A stretch of 64,000 nt of DNA. Origin: Arcobacteraceae bacterium (lineage in GTDB: Bacteria > Campylobacterota > Campylobacteria > Campylobacterales > Arcobacteraceae). Location: positions 1 to 64,000 of the forward strand of contig CBDCZH010000016.1 in the NCBI GenBank assembly GCA_965224485.1, given 5' to 3'. Under the pieces are notes generated by a model, which was not told the origin of the DNA, searched no databases, and was given only the letters and a program-made list of their open reading frames with translations. Below, one piece after another: positions 21,633 through 31,924 of this stretch. Numbering within the stretch: position 1 is the stretch's first letter; the number at the start of each line of letters is the position of its first letter. The translations under genes were made by a program, and so were the position numbers.

Positions 21633-22798
21633 AGATTTGGCTTTATAATCTCTTCTATTAATAAATCAGCTACTTTAGGAATATCATCAAACGTAACTTC
21701 ATTAGGTAAATCTACATTAAAAGCTTTTTTAGTCTTTTGTATTAGTTCATCTGTATAAAATAAAGTTTTATTTTCAACTTTTTTAATTCCATCAAAATAT
21801 AATGATTTTATATTGTGTTCTTTCATCTCTTCATATGAAAAATACTTATCAAAATAAGAAAATTCACTTTTCTCTCCATTTATTAAAATTGGAAAACCAC
21901 CAATATTTCCAAAAGCTCCAGGGGAGTGAAATACTTCTTTGTTTTTATTTTTTAAAGCTTTTAGAATTTTATTTATAATTTCAAAATTACTACTTGCATT
22001 CATCATATTTCTTTTTTGATCTGTAGGCATAGAAATTGCACAAGCTTTAAATATCTCTTTTTTATCAAAGTCTATTATTTTACCATTGACAGCAATATTT
22101 AATAAAGGATCTAAACCTTCGTTTTGACCTTCTTTTGAAATAACAACATCATGAAAATGGCTTGTTGCAATTGTAACTTCTATTTCATCTTCATTTGACA
22201 AATTAAATTGTTTTTTAATAGCAAACTTAATTCTAGGTACTAAATGATTTAAGTTACCACTTCCAAAATCTGGATAATTTAAACCTGAAGATTTAAGCCA
22301 TGCATTAACAGAGTCTGAATAAGAAGTATTAATAACCAAAGCATCACTCTTGGCCTCTTTATGAGAAATCATAATATTTTTAATAACACTTATGGCTAAA
22401 GGAGACCAAATACCATAGGCTCTAATTTTATGCCAAGATATACCACCATATTTTACTCCACTATAAGCTCTTGATGAATTTACAACAAAATCAGGTTTTT
22501 CATCTTCAAATATTTTTTGTAGAGCTTTTGTATCATTAAAATCTACATCTGTACTTATTACATTTGAGAATAAGTTTCCTCTAATTTCTGCTGCAACTGT
22601 GGCAATATTAACATCTTGAATTAATTTATCTTTATTTCTTCCAAGAACTAAGATTTCTATATTTTTATCTGCTAGTTCGAGTAAATATGTTAAAAGGTAA
22701 TTACCAACACTTCCTAAACCAAAAATAGCTATTTTAACTTTTTCATTATTTTTTATCTTTTCAGATATTTTTAAAATCTTTTTATTTGTATTTTGCAT
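21629..22798 (-). CDS. NAD(P)-binding oxidoreductase, LDH/MDH-like family of unknown function
   Basis: KIAIFGLGSVG, ILVLGRN, PDFVVN, VINTSYSDSVN, GSGN, HSPGAFGNIGGFPI; likely start MQNTN at 22798. Confidence 0.6.
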   Translation of the reverse strand: MQNTNKKILKISEKIKNNEKVKIAIFGLGSVGNYLLTYLLELADKNIEILVLGRNKDKLIQDVNIATVAAEIRGNLFSNVISTDVDFNDTKALQKIFEDEKPDFVVNSSRAYSGVKYGGISWHKIRAYGIWSPLAISVIKNIMISHKEAKSDALVINTSYSDSVNAWLKSSGLNYPDFGSGNLNHLVPRIKFAIKKQFNLSNEDEIEVTIATSHFHDVVISKEGQNEGLDPLLNIAVNGKIIDFDKKEIFKACAISMPTDQKRNMMNASSNFEIINKILKALKNKNKEVFHSPGAFGNIGGFPILINGEKSEFSYFDKYFSYEEMKEHNIKSLYFDGIKKVENKTLFYTDELIQKTKKAFNVDLPNEVTFDDIPKVADLLIEEIIKPNL

Positions 22799-23528
22799 TT
22801 TTAATTCCTTTTTTATAATCATTTATTGTATTACAATTAAACCATTGTTTTATTTCAACAAAACTTATATTTTCAAATAATATTTTATTAAAATATTTAT
22901 CAATTGTAGCTAAATTTGTATTGTTCATATCTTCTTTTAAAAAAATAGAACAGACTTCTTTTAATAAAGTAATATCAGTAAACTTCCATATTTGTCCTGA
23001 ATTAGAAATTGTTTTAAAAGCTTCAGTTATTTCTAATAATTCATGTTTTGTATCATATTTATATACTATCTTATTATTTTTATTTACATAATAAAGTACA
23101 GAAGTTTGGGCATTAATTTGTTCTTTATTAGAAGTTATAACATTGCTTTTATCTTCTATAATATTATTAAATGATTCTTTATCAATTATTAAATCACCTT
23201 CAATAAATAAAACTTCATCATAAGTTTTATTTAAAGCTCTAATGCCACATAATAAGCTTTCATTGCTTCCTAGGGTAAAGTTTTTATTGTAAATGATATT
23301 GATATTAAGATTTTTGTAATTTTCATCTATATAATCTTTTAAATCATCATATTTATATCCAGCAACTATATAAATATCATTTATACCGTTTTCGCAATAA
23401 TCTAACAATATATCAAGAATAGATTTGTAGCCATTTTCTTTATAAATAGCTTTTAAAACATCTTTTCCTAAACTTTTCCTAAACCTTGTGGAAAGTCCAG
23501 CAAGTGTTATAATAGCTGCTCTATTCAT
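22782..23528 (-). CDS. LicC/PntC-like NTP transferase (putative cytidylyltransferase)
   Basis: IITLAGLSTRF...K, IYIVAGYK, LFIEGDL, WFNCNTINDY; GT-A nucleotidyltransferase pattern inside phosphonate cluster. Confidence 0.7.
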   Translation of the reverse strand: MNRAAIITLAGLSTRFRKSLGKDVLKAIYKENGYKSILDILLDYCENGINDIYIVAGYKYDDLKDYIDENYKNLNINIIYNKNFTLGSNESLLCGIRALNKTYDEVLFIEGDLIIDKESFNNIIEDKSNVITSNKEQINAQTSVLYYVNKNNKIVYKYDTKHELLEITEAFKTISNSGQIWKFTDITLLKEVCSIFLKEDMNNTNLATIDKYFNKILFENISFVEIKQWFNCNTINDYKKGIKNAKYK

Positions 23529-24513
23529 TAGTATTCTTTATTTTCAAAGACATATCCAAACCTTCATCTAAAGAAATAGAATCATTCCAAGATGTTTTAC
23601 TTCGAATTTTATCACAGTTGATTAATCTTCTTTCAGGATCATTCTCTCTGTATCCATCATAATTAATTTCTAAATTATTAATATTCATTTTTTTAGCTAT
23701 ATTTTTAACTAAATCAATCATCGAAATTTCTTCTTTTGTACCCACATTATATACAGAACCATCCAGAGATTCTTCTTCTTTTAAAAGACACAGAACGGAA
23801 GAACAAGAATCTATATTATGTAAAAAAGTTCTTTTATTAACTTTTGAGTTCTCTAATAAAGTAATTTTATTACTTTTTTGTAAAGATGAAATTATATAAG
23901 GAATAATATGAGCAGGATATAATTCATCACTGCTATAAACATTAGCAAATCTTAAAGAACAACCTTTAATTTTTTCCTTTATTACAGCATCACGCAAAAA
24001 AAACTCTGTTAATAATTTACCTGTTGCATATGAGGTTCTTTGTGAATTTTGAGCTGTTGCTAAAACAACTGGCTCATCTTCTTTAATCCCATTTTCACTC
24101 CAAGACTTCATTGAATAAACTTCTGATGTACTACAATTTATATATGATTTAGCATTTAAAGATATAGCCATATCTAAAAAAATTTTCATACCTAAAACAT
24201 TTGTAGTAAAAGTATCATTTATTTCGTAAAAATGTTTTGTATATACTACTGCAGCACAGTTAATAAACTCTATTTCATATGATTTGAATTTATTTTCTAT
24301 GAACTCTTTTAATGAAGTCATGTTTTTTTGGCAAGTTAAATCATATTCAAAGAAAAAAAGATTTTTATTCGATTCTATATCTCTAATTGATTTAATACTT
24401 GAAGCAAAAAAATTATCAAAACCAATAATAGTATAATTCTCTTTTAATAACTGCTTAGCTAATTCACTTCCTGTCATTCCTGTAAGCCCTGAAATTACTG
24501 CTAGTTTTTTCAT
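23521..24513 (-). CDS. NAD-dependent epimerase/dehydratase (extended SDR, UDP-GlcA decarboxylase-like)
   Basis: ISGLTGMTGS, INCAA, STSEVY, RTSYATGK (YxxxK), RFANVY, RTFLH, VYNVG. Confidence 0.82.
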   Translation of the reverse strand: MKKLAVISGLTGMTGSELAKQLLKENYTIIGFDNFFASSIKSIRDIESNKNLFFFEYDLTCQKNMTSLKEFIENKFKSYEIEFINCAAVVYTKHFYEINDTFTTNVLGMKIFLDMAISLNAKSYINCSTSEVYSMKSWSENGIKEDEPVVLATAQNSQRTSYATGKLLTEFFLRDAVIKEKIKGCSLRFANVYSSDELYPAHIIPYIISSLQKSNKITLLENSKVNKRTFLHNIDSCSSVLCLLKEEESLDGSVYNVGTKEEISMIDLVKNIAKKMNINNLEINYDGYRENDPERRLINCDKIRSKTSWNDSISLDEGLDMSLKIKNTNE

Positions 24514-25246
24514 ATTCCATTTTCCAATCTATTTTTATAAAATTCATCAACTTCGTAGTTATCATATATTTTTTGTTCTTTTTTAATATCATAAGATACT
24601 TTACAAAATTTAACTTCTAAAGATTTTGTATCAAAGACAAGATATTGAGCTTGCGACGAGTGATTTCTTGGTTGCCCTACTGAACCAGGGTTTATAAATA
24701 TTGTTCTTTTTTTATCTCTAAATTTTTTATTCTTAACAGGAAAAAACTCTTCTATATAGTGTGGTTTATGTGAATGTCCAGAAAATACAATATCGTAGTT
24801 TTTATATCTTTCATTAGTACAAGTATTCTTATCCAAAGTACCCCAAAATATATCATCAATATTTCCATGAATAAAAAGATATTTTTTTCCATCAATTGTT
24901 GTTGATACAAAGTTTTTAGAAAACTTATTATCAATAAAATCAAGATTTTCTTTAGAAATTAATTCTTTTGTTAAATCAAGTATATCTTTTCCTCTTTTTG
25001 AAGAAAATCTATTATCTTCAAAGCCAAATAAAGCCATTTCATGGTTTCCACAAATCATTACTTCTATCTGTGGATACATATCTTTTATAATCGCAATTGT
25101 TTCATTTGGTCTTAAACCATAATTTATAACATCACCTAAAATACAAATTTTATAATCTCGTATAGAACTTTCTTTTATATTGTTATATACAGCACTTAAA
25201 GCTTCAAAATTTGCATGAATATCAGATAATATAATTAGGTTTTCAT
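24510..25246 (-). CDS. calcineurin-like metallophosphoesterase (indel just after start)
   Basis: upstream of the track ORF the same frame reads IILSDIHANFEAL, LGDVINYG, then GNHE, IHG, GHSHKP, INPGSVGQPR; ATG 25246 overlaps upstream stop. Confidence 0.85.
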
Positions 25247-26324
25247 TGAAAGATATTCACTTTTACCTTCTCGAAAGGAGGTCTAGGGCGTTTCCCTCAT
25301 CAATTCCACATTTAACATATATAAAATTTATTCCTAAATTATTTTGAAGTGTATTTATATTTTTTATTAAATTCATCAAGACTTACAATTGTATTTTCAT
25401 TAACTTTGAGTCCTGAACTTTTAACAATATTAATACTCAATTTAAATGTTTTTGGTAGGTATTTTGACCACCTGTACTTTTATTACATTCATTATCAAAC
25501 AAAATATAAGTTAAATCAATTGTATCTGCATATCTACCAGCTGTTGTTAATCCACCCATGTGCATTACAAACTCTGCATCACCACCACATACAATTACTT
25601 TCTTACCACTCATAGAAGCACCAAGCCCTAAAGAAAATGCTCCCCCCATATTTCCAGCCATATAAAAGTTATTTGTATCAGGCATAAAACTATACATTTC
25701 ACGAGCTGTATTTCCAGTTGTTCCAATAAATAAAGTATTAGAATCTTTATATTTTACATTTAAACTTTTAAGATATTCACTTCTTGGTATATATGAAGAT
25801 AAATCTATTTGATGTTCTTCTTTTAATTCTATTTTAGAAAAAGAGTCTTTAGGAAGAAGACAAATTGTATTTGTTTCATTACACTTATTAATTTGAGATA
25901 TTGCATTAGAACTATTAGCATTATCTAAAATACAATGTTCATATCCATAAGCGTGAACTAATTGTTGGTAAACTCTTTTGCTAAGTGTTGATGTTGTATT
26001 TCACTATCACCTTCTTTATATGTTCTCCAAGAAACCATCATAGGAAAAGTTATTCCATAAGGTTTTAATAAACTAGTAATACAAGATCCCATATTTGTAA
26101 TACCTGATGATTGAACTATTACAATTGGACTTTTGCCTGACATTTTAAGACCAGCTGCAATTGAACAAGCAACTGCTTCACTAGCTGAGGGAACATACTC
26201 AATATTTATATTATTAATAACTGAATTGATTAAATTCTTAGCAAAAGAACAAGGAACTACACATAAGTGTGTAAAAACCATTAGAAATTAGTTCTTCTAC
26301 AAAGTTATTTGTAATCTAACCCAT
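25243..26324 (-). CDS. ppd: phosphonopyruvate decarboxylase (ThDP-dependent), multiply frameshifted
   Basis: fragments VVPCSFAK, SEAVACSIAAG, VQSSG..N, VSWR...QH; FIGTTGNTAREMY, NFYMAGNMGGA.SLGLG, GGDAEFVMHMG...FDN...STGGQ (ThDP motif); directly downstream of pepM. Confidence 0.8.
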
Positions 26325-27635
26325 TATTTAGTGCCAGGGAATTAAGTTTAATATTTTTTTTATTGACATACAATCTGGTTCTGCTTCTAGAGATCTTTTA
26401 TTTTTAAGTATTGACTGTGCAACATTCATCATTCCAGGATAGGCAGCTCTTAACATATGATTTGCATAAATAACTACATTTACTCCCATTTTAGCAAACT
26501 CATCCGTAGTAACTGAATTAAAAGATGTAGGAACAACAACTACTGGTGTAGTTTTATCTTCTGCTCTAAATTTCCTTACAAATTCAATAATTTCACTAGG
26601 ATCTTTAAGTCGGGAGTGAATCATAACACCATCAGCACCAGCTTCAACATAAGCAAAAGCTCTTTTTAGTGCATCGTTCATTCCTGCTTCTAAAATTAAA
26701 CTTTCAATTCTAGCAATAATCATAAAATCTTTTGTTATTTGAGCAGCTTTTTCCACTTCTTATCTTATGTGTAAAACCTTCAATTGTATCTTGTGTTTGT
26801 GATACATCATTTCCAAATAATGAATTCTTTTTCAATCCAGTTTTATCTTCAATGATAACCAGCACTTACACCTGTTCTCTCCAAACTTCTAACTGTAAAC
26901 TCAAAGTGTTCTGGTTTTCCACCTGTATCAGCATCATAAATTAAAGGCTTATTTGTAACTTCAAATATCTCATTTATTGTTGTTAGTCTGGCTGTTGTGT
27001 CAACTGCTTCAATATCAGGTTTTCCTTTTGAAGTAGAATCTGTTAGAGAACTTGACCACATACCATCAAAAGAAACTTCTGCTCCATCAATAGTGATTTC
27101 TTTTTGCATTTTGAGCAATTAAACCACATAAAGCATTATGAACCTCAAGGATTTTAAGAGTAATTCCAGCTTTTAGTAAAGTTTTTAATCTAGCTTGCCT
27201 AGCCGTTGTTGTTATTCCTTGTTTTGATAATTGCTCACTTACATTAGAATCACTAATATCTTTACTATATTCTATTTCAATTAACTCTCCAGAATTATTT
27301 TTAAAATATTCAATAACTTCTTTTCTATATTTTTTTTTGTGAGTTATTTTTTCCAATCATCCCCATGAACTACATAATCAGGTTTTAATTTTTTCTAAAT
27401 TTTTTAGATAACTAGGCTTCATCTTGTTCAATAATATTATCAACCAAAGATAATACTTCTAAAACTTCTTTTCTTTTATCATATGATAAATAAGGAATAT
27501 CATTTAGTTGAGCACAAGCTTTTAAACTTAAAAGTCCAACAAGTAAACACTTCCTAAAGAAGCTGCTTTTTTTAATACTTTTATATGTCCTGAATGCAGT
27601 AGATCTACAATTAAACTTACGTATACTTTTACCAT
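26324..27635 (-). CDS. pepM: cytidylyltransferase-phosphoenolpyruvate mutase fusion, multiply frameshifted
   Basis: ATG 27635 [18 protein letters not shown] (HxGH), [12 protein letters not shown]; then [34 protein letters not shown], diagnostic [10 protein letters not shown] at 26850->26821, [29 protein letters not shown]. Confidence 0.92.
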
Positions 27636-27646
27636 TTATATTCCTT

Positions 27647-28529
27647 TTATATTTTCTTAAGTTCTTTTTCTTTTATTAAATTCTTATAATCACTTTGAGA
27701 CCAATTTGTAGAAGGTTTCATCCAATTATCACCATAAACTGATTTTAAATATTCTTCTGCTTTAAAGGGTATGCTTAAATAAAAATCTTTGTATTTTATT
27801 TCTCGTTTTTTTTTCTAAAAATTCTTTTTTAAAAATAAAATAATCATCACAAAAAGATAATAAATAATAATTTTTGTATTCATGAAAAACATTGATATCA
27901 ATTATAATACTTTCTGTTTCATATGATTTAGTTTTTGAAGTAATTATTAATTTTTTCAGTTTCATTTCCCAGAATACTATTACTTCTTTGTTGCACTATT
28001 GTAATATTATATTCTTTAAATAATCTATCCTTTTTTATAAATTCATATAAAATATTAATTTCATCTTTATTTATTAAAACAAAGTCTACATCAGAAACTA
28101 GGGCTAAGTCATTTTTTCTAAATAAAGATAATAAAGAAGAGCCATCAATAATATATTTTATATTCAAAGTATTTAATGATTTATTTAAATACTTCACAAT
28201 TTTATCTGTTTGTTTACTTCTCTCCTCAGATAAAAAAGATATTTGATCATCATTAAAAAGCCATAATTTACTAGTTTCTATTTTAGCTTCTATTAGTTGC
28301 TTTTTGATATCATTTGACCAAATTCCACCCAAAAGCTATCTTATCATACTCTAATAGTTCAAGTCTATCAAAAGGAAAAAACTTTTTTTCCATCATAAAT
28401 CGTATTAGAGTTATTATTATCAATGAAAACCAATTTATATCAAAATCTTTAGTTTTAAGACTTCTATAAATAGCTCTTCCAGCAAGACCAGTTGTAAAAA
28501 TTAAAATTTTTTCTTTTTCTCTTAGTCAT
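27647..28529 (-). CDS. second LicD-like protein with N-terminal Rossmann-like module, multiply frameshifted
   Basis: ATG 28529 overlaps pseI end; KILIFTTGLAGRAIY; YIIDGSSLLSLFR...SDVDF; C-terminal AEEYLKSVYGDNWMKP; TAA 27649-27647. Confidence 0.68.
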
Positions 28530-29563
28530 TACAATCTTCTTCTTTAAGCCCATCTGCAAAAAAGAGGTTCTTACTGGCTTTTTTACCTAATACTTTATTT
28601 AAATACTTAGGATGCATTCCATATCCTGGTCTTACACTTTTTATATTTTCACTACTTAAAATCTCACCTTTTTTTATATCTTTTGATATATAAAGGCTTC
28701 TTGAGTGTTCTCTACTTTTCTCTTTCTTTTCACTCATTGAATAATCAACATTTCCTAGAAGTTTTTGCGTTTTTCTTATCTCTTTTAATCATTTGAGCAA
28801 ACTCTTCTTTATCCATAGAAAACTCACAATCAGCTCCGCCTATACTTTTATCAAGAATAAAATGTTTCTCTATTAAAACAGCACCTAGGGAAACTGCAAC
28901 TATTGAAGCAGTTGAGCCTAAGGTATGGTCAGAGAAACCTGAGAGTACTTTAAACTCTTTTTTCAAATCTATTATTGTATTTAAGTTTGCATCCTCATAT
29001 GGTGCAGGATAAGCAGAAGTACATTTTAATAAAATAATATCTCCATTGCCTTCTTCTTTACAGATTTTTACTACATCATATATTTCTTCTTTTGTAGCAA
29101 TTCCTGTACTTATAATCATTGGTCTTTTTTTACTTGCTGTATATCTTACAAGTTCATAATCAGTAATTTCAAAAGAAGCGATTTTATAAGCACTTGGATT
29201 TAGTTTTTCTAAAAAATCAACTGCACCTTTATCAAAAGGTGAGCTAAATATATCTATTCCTAAACTTCGGGCATAAGCAAATAGTTTTTCATGCCATTCC
29301 CAGGGAGTAAATGCTTCTTCATATAATTCATATAAAGATTTACCATCCCATAGAGTTCCGCCTTTTATCATAAAATCATCTTTACGTGAATTTAAAGTAA
29401 TAGTATCAGCTCTATAGGTTTGCAATTTAATTGCATTTGCTCCTATTTCTTTTGCAGCTTTTATTGAATCAAGTGCAATTTGTAAGCTACCATTATGATT
29501 TGCACTTAGCTCAGCTATTATATAAACACCATCTTTTTTTAAATCATGAGATCCTATTTTCAT
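28522..29563 (-). CDS. pseI: pseudaminic acid synthase (frameshift ~28785)
   Basis: IIAELSANHNG, IKLQTY, YKIASFEITD, LLKCTSAYP, SDHTLG, IEKHF; SAF domain RSLY...SVRPGYGMHP in ORF 28522-28737. Confidence 0.93.
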
Positions 29564-30915
29564 GTTTTAATCCTAATTTTTTTAAATCTTTCTGAAAAGT
29601 TTGTTTTTTGCACAATATTTACCTTTGTAGGTATTTTAAAATTATCTAACTTATTTTTACAAAAATTTCTTATCTCTTTTTTTAACTCTCTATTATTTAT
29701 ATTTTTTTCTAAATCTTTTTTAAGTACAACATCAAGGACAACACTTTGTCCTGTTATTGAATTTTCTTGGGAATAAGCCATACAATCTTCAATATCATCC
29801 ATACTTAAAACTACTGATTCAACCTCAGCAGGAAGTACTTTCTCTCCCCCTACATTTATAACTTCTTTAGAACGGCCTATTATTTTTAAATATCCATCTT
29901 CTATAACTTCTACTAAATCTCCTGTTTTAAACCAAGAATCGTGAGTAAAAGAGTCCATATTAGCATTTAAATATCCTAGTATTTGCGTATTTGAGCGTAA
30001 GTATAATTCACCTTCTACCACTTTATACTCTTGATCTTTTGTATCTAGTTTCATATATAAAGATTGTGAGTTTTTTGAACTTGTATTTATAATACCTGTT
30101 TCACTCGTACCAAAAGTTTGTAAAAACTTAATTTTTAAAAAAGTCTCTTTTAATTTTACTAACAAAGACTGGGGCATGGTTTCTGTTCCATAAGTAATCA
30201 TTCTTAATGATTTCATATCATAATTTAAATATTCACCAGAAATTAAAATAAGATTTAAAAAAGTTGGACTGGAGGGTAATACTCGTATTTTATAATCTTG
30301 TATTAGTTTACATATAGTTTTAGCATCTCTTGCTTTTGGAATAATTAAAGAAGAGCCCATTGTTAATACATTAAACAAGGTATTTAACCCCCCTATATGG
30401 TCAAACATCAAAAATACAAGCATATTCATACTCTTTTCTCTTTTGTCTTTATATGAAGAGATTAGAGTATCAAGATTGTGTATCATAGCTTTCGCTTTGC
30501 CTGTACTTCCACTTGAAAATAAAACCAAACCAGAATTACAATTATCTTGCAGTTTTGTAATCATTTCATGAGAAGAAGAGTTATTTAAATCTTTAAGCTC
30601 AAAAGTATTATTTTTTAACTCTATACTATAATCACAAAAAGCCTCTTTTTGCTTCATATCTCTTATATTTTTAAGATCTGAAATAATTGGAACTAGTATA
30701 TGTTTATTATGAAACAAGGCTAAAAACAAAGCAATATTTTCAAAAGAATAATCTCCCAAAATAGCAACACAAGAAGACTTTTTTATTTTAGAGTTTAAAA
30801 GTTTTTGATACTCTTGTGTTTTATTTAACAAATCTTTATATGTATACTCTTTTGCATAATGTACAATAGCAATATTTACATCAAATCTTTTAAATTTATC
30901 AAATAAATAATTCAT
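29560..30915 (-). CDS. ANL-family adenylate-forming enzyme (acyl-CoA/acyl-ACP ligase)
   Basis: LFSSGSTGKAK, QTFGTSE, WFKTGD, IGRSKEVINVGGEKVLPAEVE, FKIP. Confidence 0.9.
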   Translation of the reverse strand: MNYLFDKFKRFDVNIAIVHYAKEYTYKDLLNKTQEYQKLLNSKIKKSSCVAILGDYSFENIALFLALFHNKHILVPIISDLKNIRDMKQKEAFCDYSIELKNNTFELKDLNNSSSHEMITKLQDNCNSGLVLFSSGSTGKAKAMIHNLDTLISSYKDKREKSMNMLVFLMFDHIGGLNTLFNVLTMGSSLIIPKARDAKTICKLIQDYKIRVLPSSPTFLNLILISGEYLNYDMKSLRMITYGTETMPQSLLVKLKETFLKIKFLQTFGTSETGIINTSSKNSQSLYMKLDTKDQEYKVVEGELYLRSNTQILGYLNANMDSFTHDSWFKTGDLVEVIEDGYLKIIGRSKEVINVGGEKVLPAEVESVVLSMDDIEDCMAYSQENSITGQSVVLDVVLKKDLEKNINNRELKKEIRNFCKNKLDNFKIPTKVNIVQKTNFSERFKKIRIKT

Positions 30916-30932
30916 ATTTTTTATATTCCTTT

Positions 30933-31634
30933 TTACTTATATACTCCACCTAAGTATATTATCTGTCCTGTAATGAAATCACTTTTTTCATCAATGAAAA
31001 AATCAATCACATTTTTAATATCATCAAAATTAGCAAGTCTTTTTATTGCTTGTTTTTGTATTAATGCTTCTATTTTATCTTTTGGAACTGCTTTTATTAA
31101 ATCAGTTTTAATAGGTGTTGGCCCTATTGCATTTACTGTAATATTAAATACAGCTAACTCTTTTGCTATTGTTTGAGTAAGATTTTCAATAGCTGCTTTT
31201 GAAGCTGCATAAATAGCTTCCCCTTCTAAGTTTAAAGCAGAGGCAACAGTAGTATAATTAACTACTCTTCCAAATTTTTGCTTCATCATTATTTTGGATA
31301 CTTCTCTTGTGAATAAGAAAGTCCCTATAAAATTTGTAGAAAATATTTTTTCAACAGAACTTAAAGATGTAGTTAAAAAATGATTCATAGAAGCAATTCC
31401 AGCATTGTTTAATAAAATATCAACTCTTTTAAACTCTTTTTTACTCTCTCTTACCATTTTTACAACTGCTTTTTCATCACTTACATCTAAAATATGGTGT
31501 TTATAGTTTTCATTCTCTATACTAGCTTCACTACGAGAACATCCAATTACAATATCTCCTAAGTTTAAATAATACAAACAAAGTTCTTTTCCAATTCCTT
31601 TTGAAGATCCTGTTATTATTATTACTCTTTTCAT
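30933..31634 (-). CDS. SDR oxidoreductase (3-oxoacyl-ACP reductase-like)
   Basis: ITGSSKGIG, LLNNAG, YAASK, ITVNAIGP, FITGQ. Confidence 0.9.
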   Translation of the reverse strand: MKRVIIITGSSKGIGKELCLYYLNLGDIVIGCSRSEASIENENYKHHILDVSDEKAVVKMVRESKKEFKRVDILLNNAGIASMNHFLTTSLSSVEKIFSTNFIGTFLFTREVSKIMMKQKFGRVVNYTTVASALNLEGEAIYAASKAAIENLTQTIAKELAVFNITVNAIGPTPIKTDLIKAVPKDKIEALIQKQAIKRLANFDDIKNVIDFFIDEKSDFITGQIIYLGGVYK

Positions 31635-31924
31635 TATTTCTCCAATAAACTTTGAATATATATACTTAAAGTCCCTACTGATCTAAAAGGAGATGTTTTA
31701 GCACTCATAGCTTTTTCATTTGCTAAGATTATGTCTTGATTAAACTCTTCACTTATAAGCTCTTCTAAGTCTGTTATAAATGATACTAAAGCTAAAGAAT
31801 CCAAAGCAGAAGAAGAACCGTAAAGTTTTGTTTTTTCATTTATTTCATTTAACTGCTCTAGTTCAAGCTCTTCGTTTAACTCTTTTAAAGTAGAAATTAT
31901 AATTTCATCTATTTTATTTTTCAC
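31634..31924 (-). CDS. acyl carrier protein
   Basis: 96 aa acidic protein with LDSLALV phosphopantetheine motif. Confidence 0.82.
   Translation of the reverse strand: MKNKIDEIIISTLKELNEELELEQLNEINEKTKLYGSSSALDSLALVSFITDLEELISEEFNQDIILANEKAMSAKTSPFRSVGTLSIYIQSLLEK

Noticed and set aside
25243..26324. Sulfopyruvate decarboxylase (ComDE) or two separate subunit genes
   Set aside because: Directly coupled to pepM, and the fragments join into a single ~360-aa protein with a linker; cannot be fully excluded until the sequence is polished
26324..27635. Isocitrate lyase or methylisocitrate lyase instead of PEP mutase
   Set aside because: EDKxxxxxNS motif, fused cytidylyltransferase and adjacent decarboxylase indicate PepM; the lyase KKCGH motif is absent
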